DNA of 64,000 nucleotides, from assembly GCF_009914755.1 (NCBI RefSeq), contig NC_060926.1; one strand, written 5' to 3'. This document shows, piece after piece, positions 11,201 to 24,853 of this stretch. The stretch's first letter is position 1. The number at the start of each line of letters is the position of its first letter. A model generated the notes under the pieces. That model ran no database searches and was not told where the DNA came from. It saw only the letters and a list, made by a program, of their open reading frames with translations. The stretch is from the human T2T-CHM13v2.0 reference genome, Homo sapiens. Position numbers and translations under genes: made by a program.

Positions 11201-14200
11201 ACTCGTTTTGTGGAATCTGCAAGTGGATATTTGTCTAGCTTTGAGGATTTCGTTGGAAACGGGATTACATATAAAAAGCAGACAGCAGCATTCCCAGAAA
11301 CTTCTTTGTGATGTTTGCATTCAAGTCACAGAGTTGAACATTCCCTTTCATAGAGCAGGTTTGAAACACTCTTTTTGTAGTATCTGGATGTGGACATTTG
11401 CAGCGCTTTCAGGCATAAGGTGAAAAAGGAAATATCTTCCCCTGAAAACTAGACAGAAGCATTCTCAGAAACTTATTTGTGATGTGCGCCCTCAACTAAC
11501 AGTGGTGAGGCTTTCTTTTGATAGAGCAGTTTTGAAACACTCTTTTTGTAATATCTGCAAGAGGATATTTGGATAGCTTTGAGGATTTCGTTGGAAACGG
11601 GATTGTCTTCATATAAACTCCAGACAGAAGCATTCCCAGAAGCTTCATTGGGATGTTTCAATTGAAGTCACAGTGTTGAACAGTTCCTTTCATAGAACAG
11701 GTTTGAAACACTCTTTTTGTAGTATCTGGAAGTGGACATTTGGAGCGCTCTCAGGACTATGGTGAAAAAGGAAATATCTTCCAATAAAAGCTACATAGAA
11801 GCAATGTCAGAAACTTTTTCATGATGTATCTACTCAGCTAACAGAGTTGCACCTTTCCTTTGAGAGAGCAGTTTTGAAACACTCTTTTTGTGGAATCTGC
11901 AAGTGGATATTTGTCGAGCTTTGAGGATTTCGTTGGAAACAGGATTACATATAAAAAGCAGACAGCAGCATTCCCAGTAACTTCTTTGTGATGTTTGCAT
12001 TCAAGTCACAGAGTTGAACATTCCCTTTCATAGAGCAGGTTTGAAACACTCTTTTTGTAGTATCTGGATGTGGACATTTGGAGCGCTTTCAGGCCTATGG
12101 TGAAAAAGGAAATATCTTCCCCTGAAAACTAGACAGAAGCATTCTCAGAAACTTATTTGTGATGTGCGCCCTCAACTAACAGTGTTGAACCTTTCTTTTG
12201 ATAGAGCAGTTTTGAAACACTCTTTTTGTAATATCTGCAAGAGGATATTTGGATAGCTTTGAGGATTTCGTTGGAAACGGGATTACATATAAAAAGCAGA
12301 CAGCAGCATTCCCAGAAACTTCTTTGTGATGTTTGCATTCAAGTCACAGAGTTGAACATTCCCTTTCAGAGAGCAGGTTTGAAACACTCTTTTTATAGTA
12401 TCTGGATGTGGACATTTGGAGCGCTTTCAGGCCTATGGTGAAAAAGGAAATATGTTCTCCTGTAAACTAGACAGAAGCATTCTCAGAATCTTATTTGTGA
12501 TGTGCGCCCTCAACTAACAGTGTTGAAGGTTTCTTTTGATAGAGCAGTTTTGAAACACTCTTTTCGTAAAATCTGCAAGAGGATATTTTGATAGCTTTGA
12601 GGATTTCGTTGGAAACGGGATTGTCTTCATATAAACTCTAGACAGAAGCATTCTCAGAAGCTTCATTGGGATGTTTCAATTGAAGTCACAGTGTTGAACA
12701 GTCCCTTTCATAGAGCAGGTTTGAAACACTCTTTTTGTAGTATCTGGAAGTGGACATTAGGAGAGATCTCAGGAATACGGTGATAAAGGAAATATCTTCC
12801 AATAAAAGCTAGATAGAAGCAATGTCAGAAACTTTTTCATGATGTATCTACTCAGCTAACAGAGTTGAACCTTTCTTTTGAGAGAGCAGTTTTGAAACAC
12901 TCTTTTTGTGGAATCTGCAAGTGGATATTTGTCTAGCTTTGAGGATTTCATTGGAAACGGGATTACATTTAAAAAGCAGACAGCAGCATTCCCAGTAACT
13001 TCTTTGTGATGTTTGCATTCAAGTCACAGAGTTGAACATTCCCTTTCATAGAGCAGGTTTGAAACACTTTTTTTGTAGTATCTGGATGTGGACATTTGGA
13101 GCGCTTTCAGGCCTATGGTGAAAAAGGAAATATCTTCCAATAAAAGCTACATAGAAGCAATGTCAGAAACTTTTTCATGATATATCTACTCAGCTAACAG
13201 AGTTGAACCTTTCTTTTGAGAAAGCAGTTTTGAAACACTCTTTTTGTGGAATCTGCAAGTGGATATTTGTCTAGCTTTGAGGATTTCGTTGGAAACGGGA
13301 TTACATATAAAAAGCAGACAGCAGCATTCCCAGTAACTTCTTTGTGATGTTTGCATTCAAGTCACAGAGTTGAACATTCCCTTTCATAGAGCAGGTTTGA
13401 AACACTCTTTTTGTAGTATCTGGATGTGGACATTTGGAGCGCTTTCAGGCCTATGGTGAAAAAGGAAATATCTTCCCCAGAAAACTAGACAGAAGCATTC
13501 TCAGAATCTTATTTGTGATGTGCGCCCTCAACTAACAGTGTTGAAGCTTTCTTTTGATAGAGCAGTTTTGAAACACACTTTTCGTAAAATCTGCAAGAGG
13601 ATATTTTGATAGCTTTGAGGATTTCGTTGGAAACGGGATTGTCTTCATATAAACTCTAGACAGAAGCATTCTCAGAAGCTTCATTGGGATGTTTCAATTG
13701 AAGTCACAGTGTTGAACAGTCCCTTTCATAGAGCAGGTTTGAAACACTCTTTTTGTAGTATCTGGAAGTGGACATTTGGAGAGATCTCAGGAATACGGTG
13801 ATAAAGGAAATATCTTCCAATAAAAGCTAGATAGAAGCAATGTCAGAAACTTTTTCATGATGTATCTACTCAGCTAACAGAGTTGAACCTTTCTTTTGAG
13901 AGAGCAGTTTTGAAACACTCTTTTTGTGGAATCTGCAAGTGGATATTTGTCTAGCTTTGAGGATTTCGTTGGAAACGGGATTACATATAAAAAGCAGACA
14001 GCAGCATTCCCAGAAACTTCTTTGTGATGTTTGCATTCAAGTCACAGAGTTGAACATTCCCTTTCATAGAGCAGGTTTGAAACACTCTTTTTGTAGTATC
14101 TGGATGTGGACATTTGGAGCGCTTTCAGGCCTATGGTGAAAAAGGAAATATCTTCCCCTGAAAACTAGACAGAAGCATTCTCAGAAACTTATTTGTGATG

Positions 14201-17200
14201 TGCGCCCTCAACTAACAGTGTTGAAGCTTTCTTTTGATAGAGCAGTTTTGAAACACTCTTTTTGTAATATCTGCAAGAGGATATTTGGATAGCTTTGAGG
14301 ATTTCGTTGGAAACGGGATTGTCTTCATATAAACTCTAGACAGAAGCATTCTGAGAAGCTTCATTGGGATGTTTCAATTGAAGTCACAGTGTTGAACAGT
14401 TCCTTTCATAGAACAGGTTTGAAACACTCTTTTTGTAGTATCTGGAAGTGGACATTTGGAGCGCTCTCAGGACTGCGGTGAAAAAGGAAATATCTTCCAA
14501 TAAAAGCTACATAGAAGCAATGTCAGAAACTTTTTCATGATGTATCTACTCAGCTAACAGAGTTGAACCTTTCCTTTCAGAGAGCAGTTTTGAAACACTC
14601 TTTTTGTGGAATCTGCAAGTGGATATTTGTCTAGCTTTGAGGATTTCGTTGGAAACGGGATTACATATAAAAAGCAGACAGCAGCATTCCCAGAAACTTC
14701 TTTGTGATGTTTGCATTCACGTCACAGAGTTGAACATTCCCTTTCATAGAGCAGGTTTGAAACACTCTTTTTGTAGTATCTGGATGTGGACATTTGGAGC
14801 GCTTTCAGGCCTATGGTGAAAAAGGAAATATCTTCCAATAAAAGCTACATAGAAGCAATGTCAGAAACTTTTTCATGATGTATCTACTCAGCTAACAGAG
14901 TTGAACCTTTCTTTTGAGAGAGCAGTTTTGAAACACTCTTTTTGTGGAATCTGGAAGTGGATATTTGTCTAGCTTTGAGGATTTCGTTGGAAACGGGATT
15001 ACATATAAAAAGCAGACAGCAGCATTCCCAGTAACTTCTTTGTGATGTTTGCATTCAAGTCACAGAGTTGAACATTCCCTTTCATAGAGCAGGTTTGAAA
15101 CACTCTTTTTGTAGTATCTGGATGTGGACATTTGGAGCGCTTTCAGGCCTATGGTGAAAAAGGAAATATCTTCCCCAGAAAACTAGACAGAAGCATTCTC
15201 AGAATCTTATTTGTGATGTGCGCCCTCAACTAACAGTGTTGAAGCTTTCTTTTGATAGAGCAGTTTTGAAACCCTCTTTTCGTAAAATCTGCAAGAGGAT
15301 ATTTTGATAGCTTTGAGGATTTCGTTGGAAACGGGATTGTCTTCATATAAACTCTAGACAGAAGCATTCTCAGAAGCTTCATTGGGATGTTTCAATTAAA
15401 GTCACAGTGTTGAACAGTCCCTTTCATAGAGCAGGTTAGAAACACTCTTTTTGTAGTATCTGGAAGTGGACATTTGGAGCGCTCTCAGGACTGCGGTGAA
15501 AAAGGAAATATCTTCCAATAAAAGCTAGATAGAAGCAATGTCAGAAACTTTTTCATGATGTATCTACTCAGCTAACAGAGTTGAACCTTCCTTTGAGAGA
15601 GCAGTTTTGAAACACTCTTTTTGTGGAATCTGCAAGTGGATATTTGTCTAGCTTTGAGGATTTTGTTGGAAACGGGTTACATATAAAAAGCAGACAGCAG
15701 CATTCCCAGAAACTTCTTTGTGTTGTTTGCATTCAAGTCACAGAGTTGAACATTCCCTTTCATAGAGCAGGTTTGAAACACTCTTTTTGTAGTATCTGGA
15801 TGTGGACATTTGCAGCGCTTTCAGGCCTAAGGTGAAAAAGGAAATATCTTCCCCTGAAAACTAGACAGAAGCATTCTCAGAAACTTATTTGTGATGTGCG
15901 CCCTCAACTAACAGTGTTGAAGCTTTCTTTTGATAGAGCAGTTTTGAAACACTCTTTTTGTAAAATCTGCAAGAGGATATTTGGATAGCTTTGAGGATTT
16001 CGTTGGAAACGGGATTGTCTTCATATAAACTCTAGACAGAAGCATTCTCAGAAGCTTCATTGGGATGTTTCAATTGAAGTCACAGTGTTGAACAGTCCCT
16101 TTCATAGAGCAGGTTTGAAACACTCTTTTTGTAGTATCTGGAAGTGGACATTAGGAACGCTCTCAGGACTGCGTTGAAAAAGGAAATATCTTCCAATAAA
16201 AGCTAGATAGAAGCAATGTCAGAAACTTTTTCATGATGTATCTACTCAGCTAACAGAGTTGAACCTTCTTTTGAGAGAGCAGTTTTGAAACACTCGTTTT
16301 GTGGAATCTGCAAGTGGATATTTGTCTAGCTTTGAGGATTTCGTTGGAAACGGGATTACATATAAAAAGCAGACAGCAGCATTCCCAGAAACTTCTTTGT
16401 GATGTTTGCATTCAAGTCACAGAGTTGAACATTCCCTTTCATAGAGCAGGTTTGAAACACTCTTTTTGTAGTATCTGGATGTGGACATTTGCAGCGCTTT
16501 CAGGCCTAAGGTGAAAAAGGAAATATCTTCCCCTGAAAACTAGACAGAAGCATTCTCAGAAACTTATTTGTGATGTGCGCCCTCAACTAACAGTGTTGAA
16601 GCTTTCTTTTGATAGAGCAGTTTTGAAACACTCTTTTTGTAATATCTGCAAGAGGATATTTGGATAGCTTTGAGGATTTCGTTGGAAACGGGATTGTCTT
16701 CATATAAACTCTAGACAGAAGCATTCCCAGAAGATTCATTGGGATGTTTCAATTGAAGTCACAGTGTTGAACAGTTCCTTTCATAGAACAGGTTTGAAAC
16801 ACTCTTTTTGTAGTATCTGGAAGTGGACATTTGGAGCGCTCTCAGGACTGCGGTGAAAAAGGAAATATCTTCCAATAAAAGCTACATAGAAGCAATGTCA
16901 GGAACTTTTTCATGATGTATCTACTCAGCTAACAGAGTTGAACCTTCCTTTGAGAGAGCAGTTTTGAAACACTCTTTTTGTGGAATCTGCAAGTGGATAT
17001 TTGTCTAGCTTTGAGGATTTCGTTGGAAACGGGTTACATATAAAAAGCAGACAGCAGCATTCCCAGAAACTTCTTTGTGTTGTTTGCATTCAAGTCACAG
17101 AGTTGAACATTCCCTTTCATAGAGCAGGTTTGAAACACTCTTTTTGTAGTATCTGGATGTGGACATTTGCAGCGCTTTCAGGCCTAAGGTGAAAAAGGAA

Positions 17201-20200
17201 ATATCTTCCCCTGAAAACTAGACAGAAGCATTCTCAGAAACTTATTTGTGATGTGCGCCCTCAACTAACAGTGTTGAAGCTTTCTTTTGATAGAGCAGTT
17301 TTGAAACACTCTTTTTGTAATATCTGCAAGAGGATATTTGGATAGCTTTGAGGATTTCGTTGGAAACGGGATTAATTATAAAAAGCAGACAGCATCATTC
17401 CCAGAATCTTGTTTGTGATGTTTGCATTCAAGTAACAGATTTGAACATTCCCTTTCAGAGAGCAGGTTTGAAACACTCTTTTTATAGTATCTGGATGTGG
17501 ACATTTGGAGCGCTTTCAGGCCTATGGTGAAAAAGGAAATATCTTCTCCTGAAAACTAGACAGAAGCATTCTCAGAATCTTATTTGTGATGTGCGCCCTC
17601 AACTAACAGTGTTGAAGCTTTCTTTTGATAGAGCAGTTTTGAAACACTCTTTTCGTAAAATCTGCAAGAGGATATTTGGATAGCTTTGAGGATTTCGTTG
17701 GAAACGGGATTGTCTTCATATAAACTCTAGACAGAAGCATTCTCAGAAGCTTCATTGGGATGTTTCAATTGAAGTCACAGTGTTGAACAGTCCCTTTCAT
17801 AGAGCAGGTTTGAAACACTCTTTTTGTAGTATCTGGAAGTGGACATTTGGAACGCTCTCAGGACTGCGTTGAAAAAGGAAATATCTTCCAATAAAAGCTA
17901 GATAGAAGCAATGTCAGAAACTTTTTCATGATGTATCTACTCAGCTAACAGAGTTGAACCTTCCTTTGAGAGAGCAGTTTTGAAACACTCTTTTTGTGGA
18001 ATCTGCAAGTGGATATTTGTCTAGCTTTGAGGATTTCGTTGGAAACGGGATTACATATAAAAAGCAGACAGCAGCATTCCCAGAAACTTCTTTGTGTTGT
18101 TTGCATTCAAGTCACAGAGTTGAACATTCCTTTTCATAGAGCAGGTTTGAAACACTCTTTTTGTAGTATCTGGATGTGGACATTTGCAGCGCTTTCAGGC
18201 CTAAGGTGAAAAAGGAAATATCTTCCCCTGAAAACTAGACAGAAGCATTCTCAGAAACTTATTTGTGATGTGCGCCCTCAACTAACAGTGTTGAAGCTTT
18301 CTTTTGATAGAGCAGTTTTGAAACACTCTTTTTGTAATATCTGCAAGAGGATATTTGGATAGCTTTGAGGAATTCGTTGGAAACGGGATTGTCTTCATAT
18401 AAACTCTAGACAGAAGCATTCTCAGAAGCTTCATTGGGATGTTTCAATTGAAGTTGCAGTGTTGAACAGTCCCTTTCATAGAGCAGGTTTGAAACACTCT
18501 TTTTGTAGTATCTGGATGTGGACATTTGGAGCGCTTTCAGGCCTATGGTTTAAAAGGAAATATCTTCCCCTGAAAACTAGACAGAAGCATTCTCAGAAAC
18601 TTATTTGTGATGTGCGCCCTCAACTAAGAGTGTTGAAGCATTCTTTTGATAGAGCAGTTTTGAAACACTCTTTTTGTGGAATCTGCAAGTGGATATTTGT
18701 CTAGCTTTGAGGATTTCGTTGGAAACGGGATTACATATAAAAAGCAGACAGCAGCATTCCCAGAAACTTCTTTGTGATGTTTGCATTCACGTCACAGAGT
18801 TGAACATTCCCTTTCATAGAGCAGGTTTGAAACACTCTTTTTGTAGTATCTGGATGTGGACATTTGGAGCGCTTTCAGGCCTATGGTGAAAAAGGAAATA
18901 TCTTCCCCTGAAAACTAGACAGAAGCATTCTCAGAAACTTATTTGTGATGTGCGCCCTCAACTAACAGTGTTGAAGCTTTCTTTTGATAGAGCAGTTTTG
19001 AAACACTCTTTTTGTAATATCTGCAAGAGGATATTTGTCTAGCTTTGAGGATTTCGTTGGAAACGGGATTACATATAAAAAGCAGACAGCAGCATTCCCA
19101 GAATCTTGTTTGTGATGTTTGCATTCAAGTCACAGAGTTGAACATTCCCTTTCAGAGAGCAGGTTTGAAACACTCTTTTTATAGTATCTGGATGTGGACA
19201 TTTGGAGCGCTTTCAGGCCTATGGTGAAAAAGGAAATATCTTCTCCTGAAAACTAGACAGAAGCATTCTCAGAATCTTATTTGTGATGTGCGCCCTCAAC
19301 TAACAGTGTTGAAGCTTTCTTTTGATAGAGCAGTTTTGAAACACTCTTTTCGTAAAATCTGCAAGAGGATATTTGGATAGCTTTGAGGATTTCGTTGGAA
19401 ACGGGATTGTCTTCATATAAACTCTAGACAGAAGCATTCTCAGAAGCTTCATTGGGATGTTTCAATTGAAGTCACAGTGTTGAACAGTCCCTTTCATAGA
19501 GCAGGTTTGAAACACTCTTTTTGTAGTATCTGGAAGTGGACATTTGGAACGCTCTCAGGACTGCGTTGAAAAAGGAAATATCTTCCAATAAAAGCTAGAT
19601 AGAAGCAATGTCAGAAACTTTTTCATGATGTATCTACTCAGCTAACAGAGTTGAACCTTCATTTGAGAGAGCAGTTTTGAAACACTCGTTTTGTGGAATC
19701 TGCAAGTGGATATTTGTCTAGCTTTGAGGATTTCGTTGGAAACGGGATTACATATAAAAAGCAGACAGCAGCATTCCCAGAAACTTCTTTGTGATGTTTG
19801 CATTCAAGTCACAGAGTTGAAGATTCCCTTTCATAGAGCAGGTTTGAAACACTCTTTTTGTAGTATCTGGATGTGGACATTTGCAGCGCTTTCAGGCCTA
19901 AGGTGAAAAAGGAAATATCTTCCCCTGAAAACTAGACAGAAGCATTCTCAGAAACTTATTTGTGATGTGCGCCCTCAACTAACAGTGTTGAAGCTTTCTT
20001 TTGATAGAGCAGTTTTGAAACACTCTTTTTGTAATATCTGCAAGAGGATATTTGGATAGCTTTGAGGATTTCGTTGGAAACGGGATTGTCTTCATATAAA
20101 CTCTAGACAGAAGCATTCTCAGAAGCTTCATTGGGATGTTTCAATTGAAGTTACAGTGTTGAACAGTCCCTTTCATAGAGCAGGTTTGAAACACTCTTTT

Positions 20201-23200
20201 TGTAGTATCTGGATGTGGACATTTGGAGCGCTTTCAGGCCTATGGTTTAAAAGGAAATATCTTCCCCTGAAAACTAGACAGAAGCATTCTCAGAAACTTA
20301 TTTGTGATGTGCGCCCTCAACTAACGGTGTTGAACCTTTCTTTTGATACAGCAGTTTTGAAACACTCTTTTTGTAATATCTGCAAGAGGATATTTGGATA
20401 GCTTTGATGATTTCGTTGGAAACGGGATTAATTATAAAAAGCCGACAGCAGCATTCCCAGAATCTTGTTTGTGATGTTTGCATTCAAGTCACAGAGTTGA
20501 ACATTCCCTTTCAGAGAGCAGGTTTGAAACACTCTTTTTATAGTATCTGGATGTGGACATTTGGAGCGCTTTCAGGCCTATGGTGAAAAAGGAAATATCT
20601 TCTCCTGAAAACTAGACAGAAGCTTTCTCAGAATCTTATTTGTGATGTGCGCCCTCAACTAACAGTGTTGAAGCTTTCTTTTGATAGAGCAGTTTTGAAA
20701 CACTCTTTTTGTAAAATCTGCAAGAGGATATTTGGATAGCTTTGAGGATTTCGTTGGAAACGGGATTGTCTTCATATAAACTCTAGACAGAAGCATTCTC
20801 AGAAGCTTCATTGGGATGTTTCAATTGAAGTCACAGTGTTGAACAGTCCCTTTCATAGAGCAGGTTTGAAACACTCTTTTTGTAGTATCTGGAAGTGGAC
20901 ATTTGGAGAGATCTCAGGAATACGGTGATAAAGGAAATATCTTCCAATAAAAGCTAGATAGAAGCAATGTCAGAAACTTTTTCATGATGTATCTACTCAG
21001 CTAACAGAGTTGAACCTTTCTTTTGAGAGAGCAGTTTTGAAACACTCTTTTTGTGGAATCTGCAAGTGGATATTTGTCTAGCTTTGAGGATTTCGTTGGA
21101 AACGGGATTACATATAAAAAGCAGACAGCAGCATTCCCAGTAACTTCTTTGTGATGTTTGCATTCAAGTCACAGAGTTGAACATTCCCTTTCATAGAGCA
21201 GGTTTGAAACACTTTTTTTGTAGTATCTGGATGTGGACATTTGGAGCGCTTTCAGGCCTATGGTGAAAAAGGAAATATCTTCCCCAGAAAACTAGACAGA
21301 AGCATTCTCAGAATCTTATTTGTGATGTGCGCCCTCAACTAACAGTGTTGAAGCTTTCTTTTGATAGAGCAGTTTTGAAACACACTTTTCGTAAAATCTG
21401 CAAGAGGATATTTTGATAGCTTTGAGGATTTCGTTGGAAACGGGATTGTCTTCATATAAACTCTAGACAGAAGCATTCTCAGAAGCTTCATTGGGATGTT
21501 TCAATTAAAGTCACAGTGTTGAACAGTCCCTTTCATAGAGCAGGTTTGAAACACTCTTTTTGTAGTATCTGGAAGTGGACATTTGGAGCGCTCTCAGGAC
21601 TGCGGTGAAAAAGGAAATATCTTCCAATAAAAGCTAGATAGAAGCAATGTCAGAAACTTTTTCATGATGTATCTACTCAGCTAACAGAGTTGAACCTTCC
21701 TTTGAGAGAGCAGTTTTGAAACACTCTTTTTGTGGAATCTGCAAGTGGATATTTGTCTAGCTTTGAGGATTTCGTTGGAAACGGGTTACATATAAAAAGC
21801 AGACAGCAGCATTCCCAGAAACTTCTTTGTGTTGTTTGCATTCAAGTCACAGAGTTGAACATTCCCTTTCATAGAGCAGGTTTGAAACACTCTTTTTGTA
21901 GTATCTGGATGTGGACATTTGCAGCGCTTTCAGGCCTAAGGTGAAAAAGGAAATATCTTCCCCTGAAAACTAGACAGAAGCATTCTCAGAAACTTATTTG
22001 TGATGTGCGCCCTCAACTAACAGTGTTGAAGCTTTCTTTTGATAGAGCAGTTTTGAAACACTCTTTTTGTAAAATCTGCAAGAGGATATTTGGATAGCTT
22101 TGAGGATTTCGTTGGAAACGGGATTGTCTTCATATAAACTCTAGACAGAAGCATTCTCAGAAGCTTCATTGGGATGTTTCAATTCAAGTCACAGTGTTGA
22201 ACAGTCCTTTCATAGAGCAGGTTTGAAACACTCTTTTTGTAGTATCTGGAAGTGGACATTTGGAACGCTCTCAGGACTGCGGTGAAAAAGGAAATATCTT
22301 CCAATAAAAGCTAGATAGAAGCAATGTCAGAAACTTTTTCATGATGTATCTACTCAGCTAACAGAGTTGAACCTTCATTTGAGAGAGCAGTTTTGAAACA
22401 CTCGTTTTGTGGAATCTGCAAGTGGATATTTGTCTAGCTTTGAGGATTTCGTTGGAAACGGGATTACATATAAAAAGCAGACAGCAGCATTCCCAGAAAC
22501 TTCTTTGTGATGTTTGCATTCAAGTCACAGAGTTGAACATTCCCTTTCATAGAGCAGGTTTGAAACACTCTTTTTGTAGTATCTGGATGTGGACATTTGC
22601 AGCGCTTTCAGGCCAAAGGTGAAAAAGGAAATATCTTCCCCTGAAAACTAGACAGAAGCATTCTCAGAAACTTATTTGTGATGTGCGCCCTCAACTAACA
22701 GTGTTGAAGCTTTCTTTTGATAGAGCAGTTTTGAAACACTCTTTTTGTAATATCTGCAAGAGGATATTTGGATAGCTTTGAGGATTTCGTTGGAAACGGG
22801 ATTAATTATAAAAAGCAGACAGCAGCATTCCCAGAATCTTGTTTGTGATGTTTGCATTCAAGTCACAGAGTTGAACATTCCCTTTCAGAGAGCAGGTTTG
22901 AAACACTCTTTTTATAGTATCTGGATGTGGACATTTGGAGCGCTTTCAGGCCTATGGTGAAAAAGGAAATATCTTCTCCTGAAAACTAGACAGAAGCATT
23001 CTCAGAATCTTATTGGTGATGTGCGCCCTCAACTAACAGTGTTGAAGCTTTCTTTTGATAGAGCAGTTTTGAAACACTCTTTTCGTAAAATCTGCAAGAG
23101 GATATTTGGATAGCTTTGAGGATTTCGTTGGAAACGGGATTGTCTTCATATAAACTCTAGACAGAAGCATTCTCAGAAGCGTCATTGGGATGTTTCAATT

Positions 23201-24853
23201 GAAGTCACAGTGTTGAACAGTCCCTTTCATAGAGCAGGTTTGAAACACTCTTTTTGTAGTATCTGGAAGTGGACATTAGGAACGCTCTCAGGACTGCGTT
23301 GAAAAAGGAAATATCTTCCAATAAAAGCTAGATAGAAGCAATGTCAGAAACTTTTTCATGATGTATCTACTCAGCTAACCGAGTTGAACCTTTCTTTTGA
23401 GAGAGCAGTTTTGAAACACTCTTTTTGTGGAATCTGCAAGTGGATATTTGTCTAGCTTTGAGGATTTCATTGGAAACGGGATTACATTTAAAAAGCAGAC
23501 AGCAGCATTCCCAGTAACTTCTTTGTGATGTTTGCATTCAAGTCACAGAGTTGAACATTCCCTTTCATAGAGCAGGTTTGAAACACTTTTTTTGTAGTAT
23601 CTGGATGTGGACATTTGGAGCGCTTTCAGGCCTATGGTGAAAAAGGAAATATCTTCCAATAAAAGCTACATAGAAGCAATGTCAGAAACTTTTTCATGAT
23701 ATATCTACTCAACTAACAGAGTTGAACCTTTCTTTTGAGAAAGCAGTTTTGAAACACTCTTTTTGTGGAATCTGGAAGTGGATATTTGTCTAGCTTTGAG
23801 GATTTCGTTGGAAACGGGATTACATATAAAAAGCAGACAGCAGCATTCCCAGTAACTTCTTTGTGATGTTTGCATTCAAGTCACAGAGTTGAACATTCCC
23901 TTTCATAGAGCAGGTTTGAAACACTCTTTTTGTAGTATCTGGATGTGGACATTTGGAGCGCTTTCAGGCCTATGGTGAAAAAGGAAATATCTTCCCCAGA
24001 AAACTAGACAGAAGCATTCTCAGAATCTTATTTGTGATGTGCGCCCTCAACTAACAGTGTTGAAGCTTTCTTTTGATAGAGCAGTTTTGAAACACACTTT
24101 TCGTAAAATCTGCAAGAGGATATTTTGATAGCTTTGAGGATTTCGTTGGAAACGGGATTGTCTTCATATAAACTCTAGACAGAAGCATTCTCAGAAGCTT
24201 CATTGGGATGTTTCAATTGAAGTCACAGTGTTGAACAGTCCCTTTCATAGAGCAGGTTTGAAACACTCTTTTTGTAGTATCTGGAAGTGGACATTTGGAG
24301 AGATCTCAGGAATACGGTGATAAAGGAAATATCTTCCAATAAAAGCTAGATAGAAGCAATGTCAGAAACTTTTTCATGATGTATCTACTCAGCTAACAGA
24401 GTTGAACCTTTCTTTTGAGAGAGCAGTTTTGAAACACTCTTTTTGTGGAATCTGCAAGTGGATATTTGTCTAGCTTTGAGGATTTCGTTGGAAACGGGAT
24501 TACATATAAAAAGCAGACAGCAGCATTCCCAGAAACTTCTTTGTGATGTTTGCATTCAAGTCACAGAGTTGAACATTCCCTTTCATAGAGCAGGTTTGAA
24601 ACACTCTTTTTGTAGTATCTGGATGTGGACATTTGGAGCGCTTTCAGGCCTATGGTGAAAAAGGAAATATCTTCCCCTGAAAACTAGACAGAAGCATTCT
24701 CAGAAACTTATTTGTGATGTGCGCCCTCAACTAACAGTGTTGAAGCTTTCTTTTGATAGAGCAGTTTTGAAACACTCTTTTTGTAATATCTGCAAGAGGA
24801 TATTTGGATAGCTTTGAGGATTTCGTTGGAAACGGGATTGTCTTCATATAAAC

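Larger units (their letters stand above)
41..17347 (+). repeat. Super-repeat unit 1 (17307 bp between anchors)
   Basis: The rare linked variants CAGCATCATT..AAGTAACAGATTTG recur at ORF starts 41, 17348 and 42631, each followed by the same order of variant monomers. Unit boundaries are arbitrary anchors. Confidence 0.8.
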
